Sequence record: NC_091964.1 | Reading direction: 5' to 3' (one strand) | Length of the DNA: 64,000 nucleotides | In this document: piece by piece, positions 10,266 to 20,394 of the stretch | How the letters are laid out: every line of letters starts with the position of its first letter | How positions within the stretch are numbered: the stretch's first letter is position 1 | The notes under the pieces: model-generated | Told to the model about the DNA's origin: nothing | The model's input: only the letters and a program-made list of their open reading frames with translations | The model's database searches: none | Translations under genes and position numbers: made by a program

Positions 10266-11585
10266 TTAGCTACCCAATGCGAAGTCTTTCTTAATTGGAC
10301 AGAGGAATTGGATGTTGTCGACAGTTGTTGTGAGGTAGTACACCCCATCACGAACCGTACGAGTCATATCCTGCGGGATGATCGTGTGTTCAGTTGCTTC
10401 CTCGGCAGCCTTGAAAAGTCCATTTAACTGAAGAATCATCATTTGCGTTGACGGCGGAAGTTTCCCGAAATCCGGTGCCTTGGTATCGATATCACAATAG
10501 CTCGGCCACTGCGTATCAAACGCGGTAGTAGCGCCGTAGTTATCTTTGTTCCCGCACGCAATGAAGAGCAGACACTGGTAGTTAGCGGACGAGATCGTCA
10601 CGTTATCAGCCAGGAAGTCTTTCTCGTACCCTTTGCAATACTTCTGCGCGTACTGTTGCACGACCCTGTCGCGAATAGTAGAGGAGTAGATGCCACTACC
10701 CGTTCCTTTATTAGGGAGAGCAATTCTATCCCAGAGAGGCACGACGTAGAATTCGGTAGGTACGAACAAGTCAGGGTAAATCTTGGACCAGATGTCTTCC
10801 CCATGCACGGACAGTGACAAGATAAGGTTACGTAAGTATTCCTTGATCAAGTCAATGTTTTTACTCTGCGGACCATGGCAGAGAACCGAGAACGGTGAAT
10901 CGTAGTAGATGTCGGCATTATCTTTATCATGCCAACGGAAATTCATCGTAACGAGGAATGTCTGAGGATGACCGATTGCTGCCTGATCCACTCTGGTGTT
11001 GTGATTAACAATCGTGATTGCTTTCAGCAAGGCTAAAGCTGCATCGCGATCCCCGGCCAATTTATCGATATCGATGTTGTTAATTGGCAGGATTCCGGTA
11101 TAGTCGTTATTCGGGTAGTATTTCTCTAACGAATCGTGACCGTACCAGATAAAGAGATTGTTGTCTTCACCTGCATTAGTTGCACTGAGCGTAACATAGG
11201 TGGGGAAGAGGTACGTGTCCTTGTAGATGATCTCACCGACGTCGGTGATATTGGCTACTGCACCAAACTCCGCGCGCAATGCCTGGAGCATGGTAGGGAT
11301 ATCTTTGGGAATATTCCCGCTGATAGAACGTAAATAAAGCCATTCTGTCATTTTAAGCAGAAGGTCTTGATACGTCAGCCCGACACTAACCAAATTGTCA
11401 TCGCGGGAGGAACTCAGCGAAATGAGCTGAGAGTTGGGATAGTCTTTTAAACTGTACCGCTCAATCTCATTGCTGTAGGTGTAGTTTTCTTTGGTCATTT
11501 CGCCAATTGTAGCAACCTGCCCTGGCGACTTGTTCCTGAAGTTTGGAATCTCACCGAACCCGTACAATGCGTAACTCATGTGCAT
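10266..11585 (-). CDS. Conserved virion structural protein (phiKZ gp157-like)
   Basis: Y.L.GF..I..F.N..PG.VA.IGE N-terminal motif; 439 aa; position next to the RNase H block. Confidence 0.6.
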   Translation of the reverse strand: MHMSYALYGFGEIPNFRNKSPGQVATIGEMTKENYTYSNEIERYSLKDYPNSQLISLSSSRDDNLVSVGLTYQDLLLKMTEWLYLRSISGNIPKDIPTMLQALRAEFGAVANITDVGEIIYKDTYLFPTYVTLSATNAGEDNNLFIWYGHDSLEKYYPNNDYTGILPINNIDIDKLAGDRDAALALLKAITIVNHNTRVDQAAIGHPQTFLVTMNFRWHDKDNADIYYDSPFSVLCHGPQSKNIDLIKEYLRNLILSLSVHGEDIWSKIYPDLFVPTEFYVVPLWDRIALPNKGTGSGIYSSTIRDRVVQQYAQKYCKGYEKDFLADNVTISSANYQCLLFIACGNKDNYGATTAFDTQWPSYCDIDTKAPDFGKLPPSTQMMILQLNGLFKAAEEATEHTIIPQDMTRTVRDGVYYLTTTVDNIQFLCPIKKDFALGS

Positions 11586-11633
11586 TCTCCGTTATAATTA
11601 CAATTAATCTTAAAAAAATATCAGGAGGCAGAC

Positions 11634-12158
11634 GTGGTTAGCGTCCTCTTACGCCTCATCCCATACCTCTATTCTTTCATCAAAGAAATGAATAGGAAAG
11701 ACATGGAGAGGGGGACTACACAAAAGCAGAGAGCGCGTTACCGTACGGTAATCGCTATTCTACTCTCAGCAATCTTGATGTTAGGTATTTTCTCTGGGTA
11801 CTGGATTCATCGCAAGATGAACGAAATTCACGTTCTAGAGAATACCCTCGCACGAGAAAAAGAGAGGGGATATGTAGACATGACCAAGTTCGTCCCAAGG
11901 ACGGATCACGAACAGATGGTCAGTCTCCTTGCTCATAAAATGAACCGTGCTGAGTTCATAGATGAGCTTGCTCTGGAAGAGTTAGAAGCGATATGTAAGG
12001 CGGATCCCAAGGATTGTAACCCTGGGACTCACCGTACCATAAAGCTATTAAAAGACTTTCTCGAAGTATCAGATCGCGAAAAAGACAATTTGGGGCAACT
12101 CAATGAGTCGATGGAAAAAGAGAAAGCGGAATTGCGTGAAACCTTAGATAAAAAATAA
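11634..12158 (+). CDS. Membrane protein with coiled coil (possible i-spanin-like)
   Basis: SD aggagg with GTG start; TM segment VIAILLSAILMLGIFSGYWI, then a helical coiled coil with a Cys pair. Confidence 0.5.
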   Translation: MVSVLLRLIPYLYSFIKEMNRKDMERGTTQKQRARYRTVIAILLSAILMLGIFSGYWIHRKMNEIHVLENTLAREKERGYVDMTKFVPRTDHEQMVSLLAHKMNRAEFIDELALEELEAICKADPKDCNPGTHRTIKLLKDFLEVSDREKDNLGQLNESMEKEKAELRETLDKK

Positions 12159-12209
12159 CTCACTGACTACTTCCTTTGATACTAAATAATTTATTAAAGG
12201 AAGTGCGAA

Positions 12210-13778
12210 ATGTCACTTGAGTTAGATTTAGAAGATGACGCGCAATACGGTCTTGTGCTCTACACCGATGGTGGGAAAGACACAAAGTCGAGTGCCGCCG
12301 GGTGGGGGGTTCATGGATACCTCTACCCGGTTTTCGATAAAAAAGAAAAGTTTAAGAAAGACAAGGGTGCGTTTGGGCAGTACGGTTATGTCAATGGACA
12401 GAAGACCGATAAGACCTTTAAACCAGGAGAGCGTCTGGTAGAGGCTGGTAAGCTGTATAAACTGATTGTCAACGAGCCAAACTCGATGCCTTCAGAACCT
12501 GTCACACCGACCCACTTCTTCGACTTTTACGAAGGTATCCCGGACGCCACTATATCCGTTGTTGAAATAAAAGCAATGGAGGAGGCGCTCCGCCTTATAG
12601 CATCGATACCGCAACTGAAACAAGCGGTTATCGTCGCTGATTCTGAGTACGTCTGTCTGACGCTGACAGAGTACATCTTTGCGTGGGTCAAAAACAATTG
12701 GGCACGTAAGAATAATCCGAAACCAATTGAGCATGTCGAACGTTGGAAGAGCATTTGGGAAAATCTAAATGCTATTCGTGATAAAGGCGTTACGGTGCGT
12801 ATCGGGTGGACTCGATCGCATGTGGGTGAACCTGGGAACGAAGCTGCTGATTATAACGCGACAAAAGGAAAGGTCGCCGTTCTCAATAGTTTAGAGGGGA
12901 AGAGAGATGTCATAGTCGCGAAAGACTACGGGCAGAAAAAGAAATTAAGCAACCGTCTTCTCGAACAACGTTGGTGGTACGGAATTAACAACGAGCTCAC
13001 AACCAGCTATGACGACTTTGCAGGTAAATACGTCTACTTCTTTGGGAATCACGGTAAGGCAGAAGAGGAAGACGACCTGATTGGCAAATACACCTCGACA
13101 GCTAAATTAGCTATCATGGTTAGCCCGGAGAAAGAACCTGTCCTCGAAATGCTTCATGATTATCTCTTCGATCGTTTCTACGAGGAGGTCGGGCTTGTCA
13201 CGCTCGGGTATCTGGAGCATATCACTAATACGGAGCGATACGCCCAGTTGGCGAAAGAGGGTAAGAGCGTTCTGTACCCGAAAGGTCGGGACAATTGCAT
13301 CCAAACGCCAGATGGCGTACCGGTAATGAAAGAGCTGCGTCCTACCTTCCATGGACTTCGTCTGCTGGATAGTTTGAAATGGCATCTGGGATTACTCAAG
13401 CGCTTCGTCGACGGCGATGGAAGTGTTACCGTTACTGACATTACTGATATCGTCTACGATACCGTGGATAATGGTAAGAAGGTTACGGTTAAGACTGCTG
13501 ATTGTATCAACCCGCCGAACAAGACAGTATCGCTTGAAGTCGGTTATAGCTGTATGGGCAATGTAGGGACGAAGAAGATACCGTTCAAGATGGGGTTGGA
13601 TATCCCCCTCCGTAACACCTTGAACGCCATTGCCGATGAGTCCGTTCGTGTCTACGCTATCACGTGGCAGCGTAGTAGAAATGAATTCCGTTATGGCACC
13701 ATCGTAAAATGTGGAGAAGACTTACTGTTAACTTGTTCGCTTTCGTCGAACCTCGTTACACTAGTGAGTTTGAAATGA
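12210..13778 (+). CDS. rnhA: Ribonuclease HI-like protein with C-terminal extension (phiKZ gp155-like)
   Basis: LYTDGG, VEIKA, VADSEYV, WTRSHVGEPGNEAAD catalytic motifs. Confidence 0.85.
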   Translation: MSLELDLEDDAQYGLVLYTDGGKDTKSSAAGWGVHGYLYPVFDKKEKFKKDKGAFGQYGYVNGQKTDKTFKPGERLVEAGKLYKLIVNEPNSMPSEPVTPTHFFDFYEGIPDATISVVEIKAMEEALRLIASIPQLKQAVIVADSEYVCLTLTEYIFAWVKNNWARKNNPKPIEHVERWKSIWENLNAIRDKGVTVRIGWTRSHVGEPGNEAADYNATKGKVAVLNSLEGKRDVIVAKDYGQKKKLSNRLLEQRWWYGINNELTTSYDDFAGKYVYFFGNHGKAEEEDDLIGKYTSTAKLAIMVSPEKEPVLEMLHDYLFDRFYEEVGLVTLGYLEHITNTERYAQLAKEGKSVLYPKGRDNCIQTPDGVPVMKELRPTFHGLRLLDSLKWHLGLLKRFVDGDGSVTVTDITDIVYDTVDNGKKVTVKTADCINPPNKTVSLEVGYSCMGNVGTKKIPFKMGLDIPLRNTLNAIADESVRVYAITWQRSRNEFRYGTIVKCGEDLLLTCSLSSNLVTLVSLK

Positions 13779-14134
13779 TAAATTTCATTTTAGAACAACT
13801 GAGTGGACGGTATATCAATGATAAAGGTAAGAGGATGTTGCTGTTGACATCCCTCTATGTCCTGATCATGCATATGCACGGCAAAGAGCCTAACTTGGAG
13901 AAGTTTAACCAAGAGCTCAAGCTGGTCCACGACATCAAGGGGGTTAATCTGGCGACGCTTATCTACCCAGTTATCTGGAGCGATAGGTTTAAGCATTTTG
14001 TCCAGAAAGCTCCTTCGGAGAAAGTGATCAGATATGTCAGCCTTCGTCTACCGAAATGGCTCGACTATCGAGAGTCGGACGATTATTCATTAGAATCAGA
14101 CCTGAAGACTTTAGAAGGCATTCTGCCGAAATAA
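13775..14134 (+). CDS. Hypothetical protein (start revised, ATGA overlap)
   Basis: ATG overlaps the RNase H stop; followed by a terminator. Confidence 0.6.
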   Translation: MINFILEQLSGRYINDKGKRMLLLTSLYVLIMHMHGKEPNLEKFNQELKLVHDIKGVNLATLIYPVIWSDRFKHFVQKAPSEKVIRYVSLRLPKWLDYRESDDYSLESDLKTLEGILPK

Positions 14135-14139
14135 AAGAA

Positions 14140-14167
14140 GAGGAGAGAGGCATTAGCCTCTCTCCTC
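14140..14167. terminator. Terminator between convergent genes
   Basis: GAGGAGAGAGGC-ATTA-GCCTCTCTCCTC, 12-bp stem. Confidence 0.8.
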
Positions 14168-14178
14168 TCTTTGTGTCT

Positions 14179-15033
14179 TTAGTGCTGACGTGCCAGCTTT
14201 TCTACTGCCTGCTGGAAAGTGCGCTTGTGCTCAGTGAACAGAGTCAGTACCACACCGTAGTACTCAACAGCCTGTGCAATGTTGAAAGCAACCTTCGCCA
14301 ATTGGTCCACGTTCTTACCTGACATGCGATATGAACTGTTAGGGTCTACAATCGCGTCAGAGACGGTTTCCAGCTGCCGTTTGATCTGACCAATACGTTC
14401 GGTCACCAGGTCCTGGTTAGAGCCGTAGATCTGCTCTGAGAAGCGATTGGTAAGGGTAATGGCATCGATCATATCTGCATTACGCTTAACCAATTTACCG
14501 AACGGAAGATCTGCTTTTTTACTCGAGCCACTAACATCCTTTCCTATGTTCTGGGAAAGCTTTTCGAAATCAACTTCCTGGATGTTATAGCGGCGAGCGA
14601 TCTGTTCCATCTTATCAGGAGACGTGATCACTTCGGCCAAGAAACGAGTGGTCTGGCCCAAGGTAGTGTCGTAGAAGTTAACGACAAACCCAACGCCCGG
14701 TTCGATATCAGTTAAGAAATCGCGCCACGGTACGGTAAGACCTGCTACACACGGCAAACGCAAATCCATCAGATCTGAGTAAGGCGTACGCGCCAGCATC
14801 TCTAAGACCTTACGTTCATTCTTCGTAAAGTCGTTATCCTTCTTAAGAAGGGTGTCGATCGCGCCGAGGACGTTAGTGTTCTTAAAGCCCTGAGCGACCT
14901 CTTTGATGAAACCGGAGAGCTTCTGTACAGTACCGATTAACGGTTTATGTACCGAAAGAGCTTCGGTGGAAATAACGTTGTACATAAACCGCGTCGGTAA
15001 GTTCGACTTCGGCAAACGTGCTGGATTGAACAT
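14179..15033 (-). CDS. Helical virion (head) protein, phiKZ gp153-like
   Basis: All-helical 284 aa between RNase H and RecA; N-terminal STE is a candidate protease site. Confidence 0.5.
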   Translation of the reverse strand: MFNPARLPKSNLPTRFMYNVISTEALSVHKPLIGTVQKLSGFIKEVAQGFKNTNVLGAIDTLLKKDNDFTKNERKVLEMLARTPYSDLMDLRLPCVAGLTVPWRDFLTDIEPGVGFVVNFYDTTLGQTTRFLAEVITSPDKMEQIARRYNIQEVDFEKLSQNIGKDVSGSSKKADLPFGKLVKRNADMIDAITLTNRFSEQIYGSNQDLVTERIGQIKRQLETVSDAIVDPNSSYRMSGKNVDQLAKVAFNIAQAVEYYGVVLTLFTEHKRTFQQAVEKLARQH

Positions 15034-15113
15034 AGCGTTAACCTTTTCAGATGACTTGACATAAAATTAGAGGTATCTGCCTCTTTAGATGAGAAACTTT
15101 TTGGAGAAAGAAC

Positions 15114-16550
15114 ATGTTAATGCCAGGCGACTTCTTAGACCCGGAATTTGAAGCTAAAGCAGTTACCCCACGTTTATCGGTAACTCCATTGATCGATGGG
15201 TTCAATGGAAACTACGTACGTGGCATGCAGGATGGTGACGATGGTCACATGATTCAGAACGGTGGCCGTCCAGCGACGACCGGCGTATTAGGTGGTCCTA
15301 ACCAGTTTAAGTCCACCTTCGGCGATTTGTTAACTTACACCCCGCTCGATCACTACTACGAAGACGCGACGTCGATGACCATCGATACCGAAGACTCGAA
15401 AGAGTATCAGCAACAACAACTCCGTATGCCGTATAACAAACGTATACTGGCTGACGGTGTATTCGGTAACCCGCGTATCTGGATGACTAAACAGTCAATC
15501 ATGTTCGGGGATAAATACTTCGATGATGTTCGTAAACCTTTTGGTGTAGCTAAAACAAAAGAAAAGAACTTCATGCTGGAAACCGGGTTCTTTAACAAAG
15601 GTACTAACCTGATTAAAGTCCCAACGCCGACGTTTGAATTCTACGACTCATTCAGTCGTCTGAACTTCGGTGACGTTGAGAAGAAATTCCATAACGCTGC
15701 GGTTGACTCAAAAGACCGTAACATGGAATTTACTCGTCCGGGTCTGATTAAGACTCGTATCCTGAACGAGATTCCGACCATCAACCCACAACACGGCTTC
15801 TATACAGTCATGACCGCTCACCTGGGCGAAGACATGATGTTAGACGCAGGTTATGGTGCGCAGCCGAAGAAGATCCTCGCTAACCTCGAAGCAGGTAAGA
15901 AGATCACCGGTTGTCCTCCGCAGTTCCTGTACATGCCAAACGACCTGTGGTTCTGTGCTAACCAGAAACCGCATTGGGATAAGGATATGATTCCTATCTA
16001 CGGTCGTAATGGCGAGCCAGGTAAGAAAGGCGAGAAGGACGTGGTCGAAATCAAGATCATGAACCTTCGTGGTAAAGCAGGTGCTTCCGGTGCTCCGTTC
16101 CCAATGTTGGCTTCTCAGTCGATGGGTATGCTACCTAACCTGAGCATGTTCAACTACCTGCGTGCTGACCAGGGTTACTTCGGTATGGCTGCTGGTAACA
16201 ATACAACGATGGCACTGGACTTCTGTCCGGATATCAAGATGACCCGTAATAAGGTATGGGAAATCGTTGATAGCGACTATCGTGTACAGCGTGCTCTGGA
16301 ACTCCTGACCGGCCTTTGTCAGATTCGTAATACCATGTGGCACTTAGGTAACGTTGTCCATACCCCACCGGCCGAAATCTTCAATCGTCTTAAAGAGAAA
16401 GGATACGACTGGGATGTTATTCTGGGCGAAACACGTTCCTGGTGGCAGTTCACTCACCGCAAAGAAGAGAAACACTACCTCTCGGCATTAGACCTGTTGC
16501 GTATGTATCAGGGCGAATGGATGCCGCAGTGGTTAGGTAAAAGTCACTAA
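15114..16550 (+). CDS. uvsX: RecA/UvsX-like recombinase (phiKZ gp152-like)
   Basis: P-loop GGPNQFKST, DTE, Walker B-like FEFYDSFS, VMTAH, NLRGKAG. Confidence 0.75.
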   Translation: MLMPGDFLDPEFEAKAVTPRLSVTPLIDGFNGNYVRGMQDGDDGHMIQNGGRPATTGVLGGPNQFKSTFGDLLTYTPLDHYYEDATSMTIDTEDSKEYQQQQLRMPYNKRILADGVFGNPRIWMTKQSIMFGDKYFDDVRKPFGVAKTKEKNFMLETGFFNKGTNLIKVPTPTFEFYDSFSRLNFGDVEKKFHNAAVDSKDRNMEFTRPGLIKTRILNEIPTINPQHGFYTVMTAHLGEDMMLDAGYGAQPKKILANLEAGKKITGCPPQFLYMPNDLWFCANQKPHWDKDMIPIYGRNGEPGKKGEKDVVEIKIMNLRGKAGASGAPFPMLASQSMGMLPNLSMFNYLRADQGYFGMAAGNNTTMALDFCPDIKMTRNKVWEIVDSDYRVQRALELLTGLCQIRNTMWHLGNVVHTPPAEIFNRLKEKGYDWDVILGETRSWWQFTHRKEEKHYLSALDLLRMYQGEWMPQWLGKSH

Positions 16551-16564
16551 CCGAGAAAAAATAA

Positions 16565-16852
16565 ATGGTCCGTAATGATGCACGTTTTCATCTGGTGATG
16601 TTAATCTCCGAGTTTTCCCATGCACGGGCTAATGCATTCGAGGATATGTTTGAGCACGCTGAAAAACAGCGTAGCTCTGACCGAGCCGAGATGCAGGAGA
16701 TTAACGAGTTCTTCGGGCGCGAATTGCGCCCTTTCACTCGTGTCGGCGCAGATGTAGCTTTAAGTCTTGAAACTGAAAAGGGAATTGATTATTGGTTGCG
16801 CGAATTCAGAAGGAAGATGATGAACTATATCCTGAAGGACTGGAGGCCGTAA
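16565..16852 (+). CDS. Hypothetical protein
   Basis: 95-aa ORF tightly packed in the operon. Confidence 0.6.
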   Translation: MVRNDARFHLVMLISEFSHARANAFEDMFEHAEKQRSSDRAEMQEINEFFGRELRPFTRVGADVALSLETEKGIDYWLREFRRKMMNYILKDWRP

Positions 16853-16853
16853 T

Positions 16854-17345
16854 ATGGCGGGTAATGGACATGTCATAGTCGTCGTCGGCCCGAGTAATTA
16901 TCGGTCCTACTTCAAGTTCGCAAAATCAATGGATCGGATACTGGGGCGGATGGCTAAGAGTGACATAACCATTATCACGGGCAATGGGAATGGTTCCGAC
17001 TATGTCGCATTCCTTTATGCTCTCCGCCGTGGGCTCTGTCATGTTGAGTTCGAACCCAAGCGCCTTGACTTCGAGGCCGCTGTCTATCGTATGCAAGAGA
17101 GAATGATGGTTGAGGCAACTGGACTAGTAACGGTCGTAGATGGTTATGACCGCTACGTTGCACAAGCTACTCGTATCGCCTCTTCCCAAAATATTCCTCG
17201 TCGCTTGATAAGCGTGAACTCGGAGCAGAAAAATGCCAAAGAACAGAAAGAAAGCCACGGAAGTATGCGTCGGCTTAATATCCGAACTTTATCCCGGTAC
17301 AGAGAACGCCGATCTCACTCGCCGTTTCCTGGAGTCGATGAGTGA
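16854..17345 (+). CDS. SLOG/YspA-like (DUF2493-like) protein
   Basis: VIVVVGPSNYRSY...MDRIL...IITGNGNGSDYVAFLYA matches the SLOG Rossmannoid pattern. Confidence 0.6.
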   Translation: MAGNGHVIVVVGPSNYRSYFKFAKSMDRILGRMAKSDITIITGNGNGSDYVAFLYALRRGLCHVEFEPKRLDFEAAVYRMQERMMVEATGLVTVVDGYDRYVAQATRIASSQNIPRRLISVNSEQKNAKEQKESHGSMRRLNIRTLSRYRERRSHSPFPGVDE

Positions 17346-17910
17346 TAAAGAATTCGATCAGTACATGGAAGATCTGCGTAGCGGTAAATCAATTGTTACC
17401 GTGACGATCCCTAACTTCGCCAAAACTAAATTCAACGAAGAGCACTTCTTGAAGTTTGGTAAAAAGCACAAGATCGAGTTCTTCCACCACCTCAAGGTAA
17501 CTGACCCTGACACAGGACGTATCTTTACTACGCCTTTGCGTTACATGGTCATTCGCGATCGTGTAAACCGCCTTCAGCAGATGCTGGAAGATAAGACAAG
17601 TTTCCCGCTGGATAATAACCATGTCGATGAACTGTCTGGTCAGGTAACGAACGAGTCTAAAGGTGCTCGACTGTCTTTCCCTGAAACGAACAACCTGAAC
17701 GGTAAAGGCTTCCGTGCCTTTATTGCAGAAGCTATAGGTGTGCGCGGAGGTAATGCTAAAGCTTTGCGCATGTTCGAAGATGAGATTCGTCGTACAGGCG
17801 TAGGTCATATCAGTCCAGCACTTGAAGCATCCGATGGGGCGAAAGCTAACCATACCTTAGCCGCATATCTGCGCGCTATGGGCTTCTCTACTACATTGGA
17901 TCGGAGATAA
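17233..17910 (+). CDS. Virion RNA polymerase beta subunit, C-terminal part (phiKZ gp149-like)
   Basis: RLQQMLEDK...SGQVTNESKGARLSFPE...GVRGG corresponds to the beta C-terminal switch region. Confidence 0.8.
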   Translation: MPKNRKKATEVCVGLISELYPGTENADLTRRFLESMSDKEFDQYMEDLRSGKSIVTVTIPNFAKTKFNEEHFLKFGKKHKIEFFHHLKVTDPDTGRIFTTPLRYMVIRDRVNRLQQMLEDKTSFPLDNNHVDELSGQVTNESKGARLSFPETNNLNGKGFRAFIAEAIGVRGGNAKALRMFEDEIRRTGVGHISPALEASDGAKANHTLAAYLRAMGFSTTLDRR

Positions 17911-17912
17911 CG

Positions 17913-18470
17913 ATGTCTAATTCCAATATTACCTTGGAGTTCATTGGCCGCTCGATGGATTATGTCCGTCGACAACTTGAACTCTTGGAGTGGTCGCGTA
18001 ACGTAGTAACCGCTGATAAAGATAAGACGCCGCTGGAGTTTGTTCACGTTGAGCGCTCTATCGATTTCCTTGCACGGTTCATGGAAGGTTCGTCTACGTT
18101 TGAAATCTTCACCATGCAAGAGATCAACCGCTTTGTAGCCGATGTAGTGGCCGCTAACGCTTGGCGTTTCATCCAGGGACTCCAACAGTACGTCTTCGTT
18201 GCCTTCAGCCCTACAGAGCTTGTAGAGGTTGCTAAGGCCCTCTCGTTTAGTATTGCACCTAATAAGCTACTTGACGAGAAAGGCGTTGCTGAGCGTAACA
18301 ATAACGATTACGCACAAAGTCCGGCAGGGACAGAGAGTTATGATAATACACCAGATAACATTCTGGATTATCTATTTGCTAACCCGTGGTTAATGCCGCT
18401 GGTTGCTCTCGGTATGTCCCGTGAAATCCCAACCATTGATGACGGAGAGGAGCCACGTAAAAATGAGTGA
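17913..18470 (+). CDS. Conserved hypothetical protein
   Basis: 185-aa ORF 2 nt after the upstream stop. Confidence 0.6.
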   Translation: MSNSNITLEFIGRSMDYVRRQLELLEWSRNVVTADKDKTPLEFVHVERSIDFLARFMEGSSTFEIFTMQEINRFVADVVAANAWRFIQGLQQYVFVAFSPTELVEVAKALSFSIAPNKLLDEKGVAERNNNDYAQSPAGTESYDNTPDNILDYLFANPWLMPLVALGMSREIPTIDDGEEPRKNE

Positions 18471-19263
18471 TGCTTCGCCCTTAGCCGATGAGATAAAGAT
18501 ACTCACCTGGATGGACGATCTGTTAGACACTCGCCTGTCAACGATGTTACGATACGACATCGTAAAAACTCTGGATTTAATTCCCCAGGGTTATGACTTG
18601 CGTACGGCAGATAACTTCATTTGGGAAGGTCTTGGTATCTCAGAAAAGGTTTGGCACCAGCTGTGGGATAACCGCGATGACGAGATCCTGTATAAGTCTC
18701 GTCGTACAGGCGTACCTGATTTCATCCGTGAGCTGTTAGCCGAACAAATGCGCGAGCCGATTTCTACGCCGCACAAAATCCCGGTCAGCCTGACAATCAA
18801 CACCTATCCTTATTACCTGACGAAGGAAGTAAAGGATGCGTGGCGTGATGTCTACAAAGAGATGATACATCCACTCTTAGAAGTGAAGTTCATCCGTAAA
18901 TCCTACAATACGTTGAGCCCTGGTTTTGTAATCAGTAACTACAACTATCTCATTCACTACGATTGGGAGAAATGGGCGGCGGAGATTGGGAACTCGCCTG
19001 AGAAGGCATCGCTGACTATGCTGACTGTGATTGGTCCGCGTATTTGGAAGACAGCGCCTGATGAGAAGGAGTTGGAACAGTACAAAGAGTTCCTGGAGGG
19101 ATTTGATGTGCATATGCTCGGGGAAATAGCCGCAGCATTAGTGTTTCAGCTACGACTAGTTCCCGTTGACATGTGGGTAGCATTTAAAGACAACCACGGG
19201 TTTAGCGATAATCAGCGACTGGATACTGAAGTTGAATCTGGCGTACCCAGAGCAGCTGATTAG
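18463..19263 (+). CDS. HAD-like fold protein (start revised)
   Basis: ILTWMDDLLDTR resembles HAD motif I; SD ggagagg upstream of ATG 18463. Confidence 0.45.
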   Translation: MSDASPLADEIKILTWMDDLLDTRLSTMLRYDIVKTLDLIPQGYDLRTADNFIWEGLGISEKVWHQLWDNRDDEILYKSRRTGVPDFIRELLAEQMREPISTPHKIPVSLTINTYPYYLTKEVKDAWRDVYKEMIHPLLEVKFIRKSYNTLSPGFVISNYNYLIHYDWEKWAAEIGNSPEKASLTMLTVIGPRIWKTAPDEKELEQYKEFLEGFDVHMLGEIAAALVFQLRLVPVDMWVAFKDNHGFSDNQRLDTEVESGVPRAAD

Positions 19264-19784
19264 AAATCGTCTTCCTCGTCGTCAGTAGCACTACCTGTGA
19301 GAAGCTCTGGGTGTTCTCGCTCAACACGAGTGAAGAATTCATCCGGAGTTTCTTGTTGGTTGTCTGTATTGAGTTCGCCTGACATGACTGTTGGTGAAGG
19401 TAAGAAGTTACCGCTAAGAGCATCGATGCGTGACATAGCTTTCGGAGAAGGAGTAACATCAATTTCGATGTGCTCACCGGAGTTACGTCGTCTGGATATT
19501 TCTTCCAGTACCTTAGCAACCTGCTCATTAGACTTACTGTCTTTGCGGGCGATCTTAATACGCTGCTTTGCAACAGCCTGTCGGTCAACACCATCAAGGA
19601 ACATGGCGAGGATTTGCGCACCTTCTTTATCGGTTGGTACATCCCCCATGTTTTGCTCGATGAGCTTTTGAATGACTTTCTTACGCAGCTCTTGCGTATA
19701 ATCCATATCAGGATCTTTGTCATCTAAGCCAGCATCGGGATTCCCTGGGATGTCGACAAGTTCTGTGTTGTCATCATCTTCCAT
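19260..19784 (-). CDS. Acidic hypothetical protein
   Basis: 174 aa with acidic termini and a helical core; SD agagg. Confidence 0.6.
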   Translation of the reverse strand: MEDDDNTELVDIPGNPDAGLDDKDPDMDYTQELRKKVIQKLIEQNMGDVPTDKEGAQILAMFLDGVDRQAVAKQRIKIARKDSKSNEQVAKVLEEISRRRNSGEHIEIDVTPSPKAMSRIDALSGNFLPSPTVMSGELNTDNQQETPDEFFTRVEREHPELLTGSATDDEEDDF

Positions 19785-19862
19785 AGAGGCCTCTTCTAAA
19801 TAGGGTTCGAATATACATCATAACTATGGAGTAGCTAAATTAAAAATGCGAGAGGTACACTC

Positions 19863-20384
19863 ATGCAACTGTTCTCTTTCCTAACGGCTAAAGGACGGGC
19901 TTGTAACAAAGCACGTAAGCTGTTTAAGGGCAAAGAAGAAGTGCCGGTGAATGTGGATAACGCGTTAATTTGCGTAGCTGGTATCCGCAGCATCTATTTA
20001 AATAAGAAACTAATGGCGGCTACTTACCCCACTACTCTTTTCGGTTTGTACTTCACACCGGAGAAGTTAGAGAAGGAGTTCGAGAGCGCTATTCAACTCA
20101 TCCTGAGCGAAGATCAGCCCGAGCGTCGGCGTTACCCCCCTCAATTAACCCGCACCAAGTTAGACAATTGGCTGTGGACCGATAAAGGCGATAAGCCTAT
20201 CGAGTGGGAGCAATACATTGTAGGGCTCTTGGCAAAAGCCGAGAACTTTCTCTGCATGTTGCGTGATTCTTACGAAATCGAAGGTAAAGCCATCGCTGGT
20301 TACAGACTGGAGCAAATGTATTATCCATTATGTGATATTATCTCAATAGCTGAAGCGTTCTTTAACGAAGTCGCTAAAAAGTGA
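19863..20384 (+). CDS. Hypothetical protein
   Basis: SD gagagg; 173 aa. Confidence 0.6.
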   Translation: MQLFSFLTAKGRACNKARKLFKGKEEVPVNVDNALICVAGIRSIYLNKKLMAATYPTTLFGLYFTPEKLEKEFESAIQLILSEDQPERRRYPPQLTRTKLDNWLWTDKGDKPIEWEQYIVGLLAKAENFLCMLRDSYEIEGKAIAGYRLEQMYYPLCDIISIAEAFFNEVAKK

Positions 20385-20394
20385 GTCATTAGCC

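Noticed and set aside
12210-13778. RNase H about three times normal length
   Set aside because: Extended RNase H is a known conserved feature of phiKZ-like phages.
19809-19830. AATATACATCATAACTATGG resembling the start of the early promoter motif
   Set aside because: Only the TATACAT part matches and the CTTAAGTGAATA core is absent; too weak to call.
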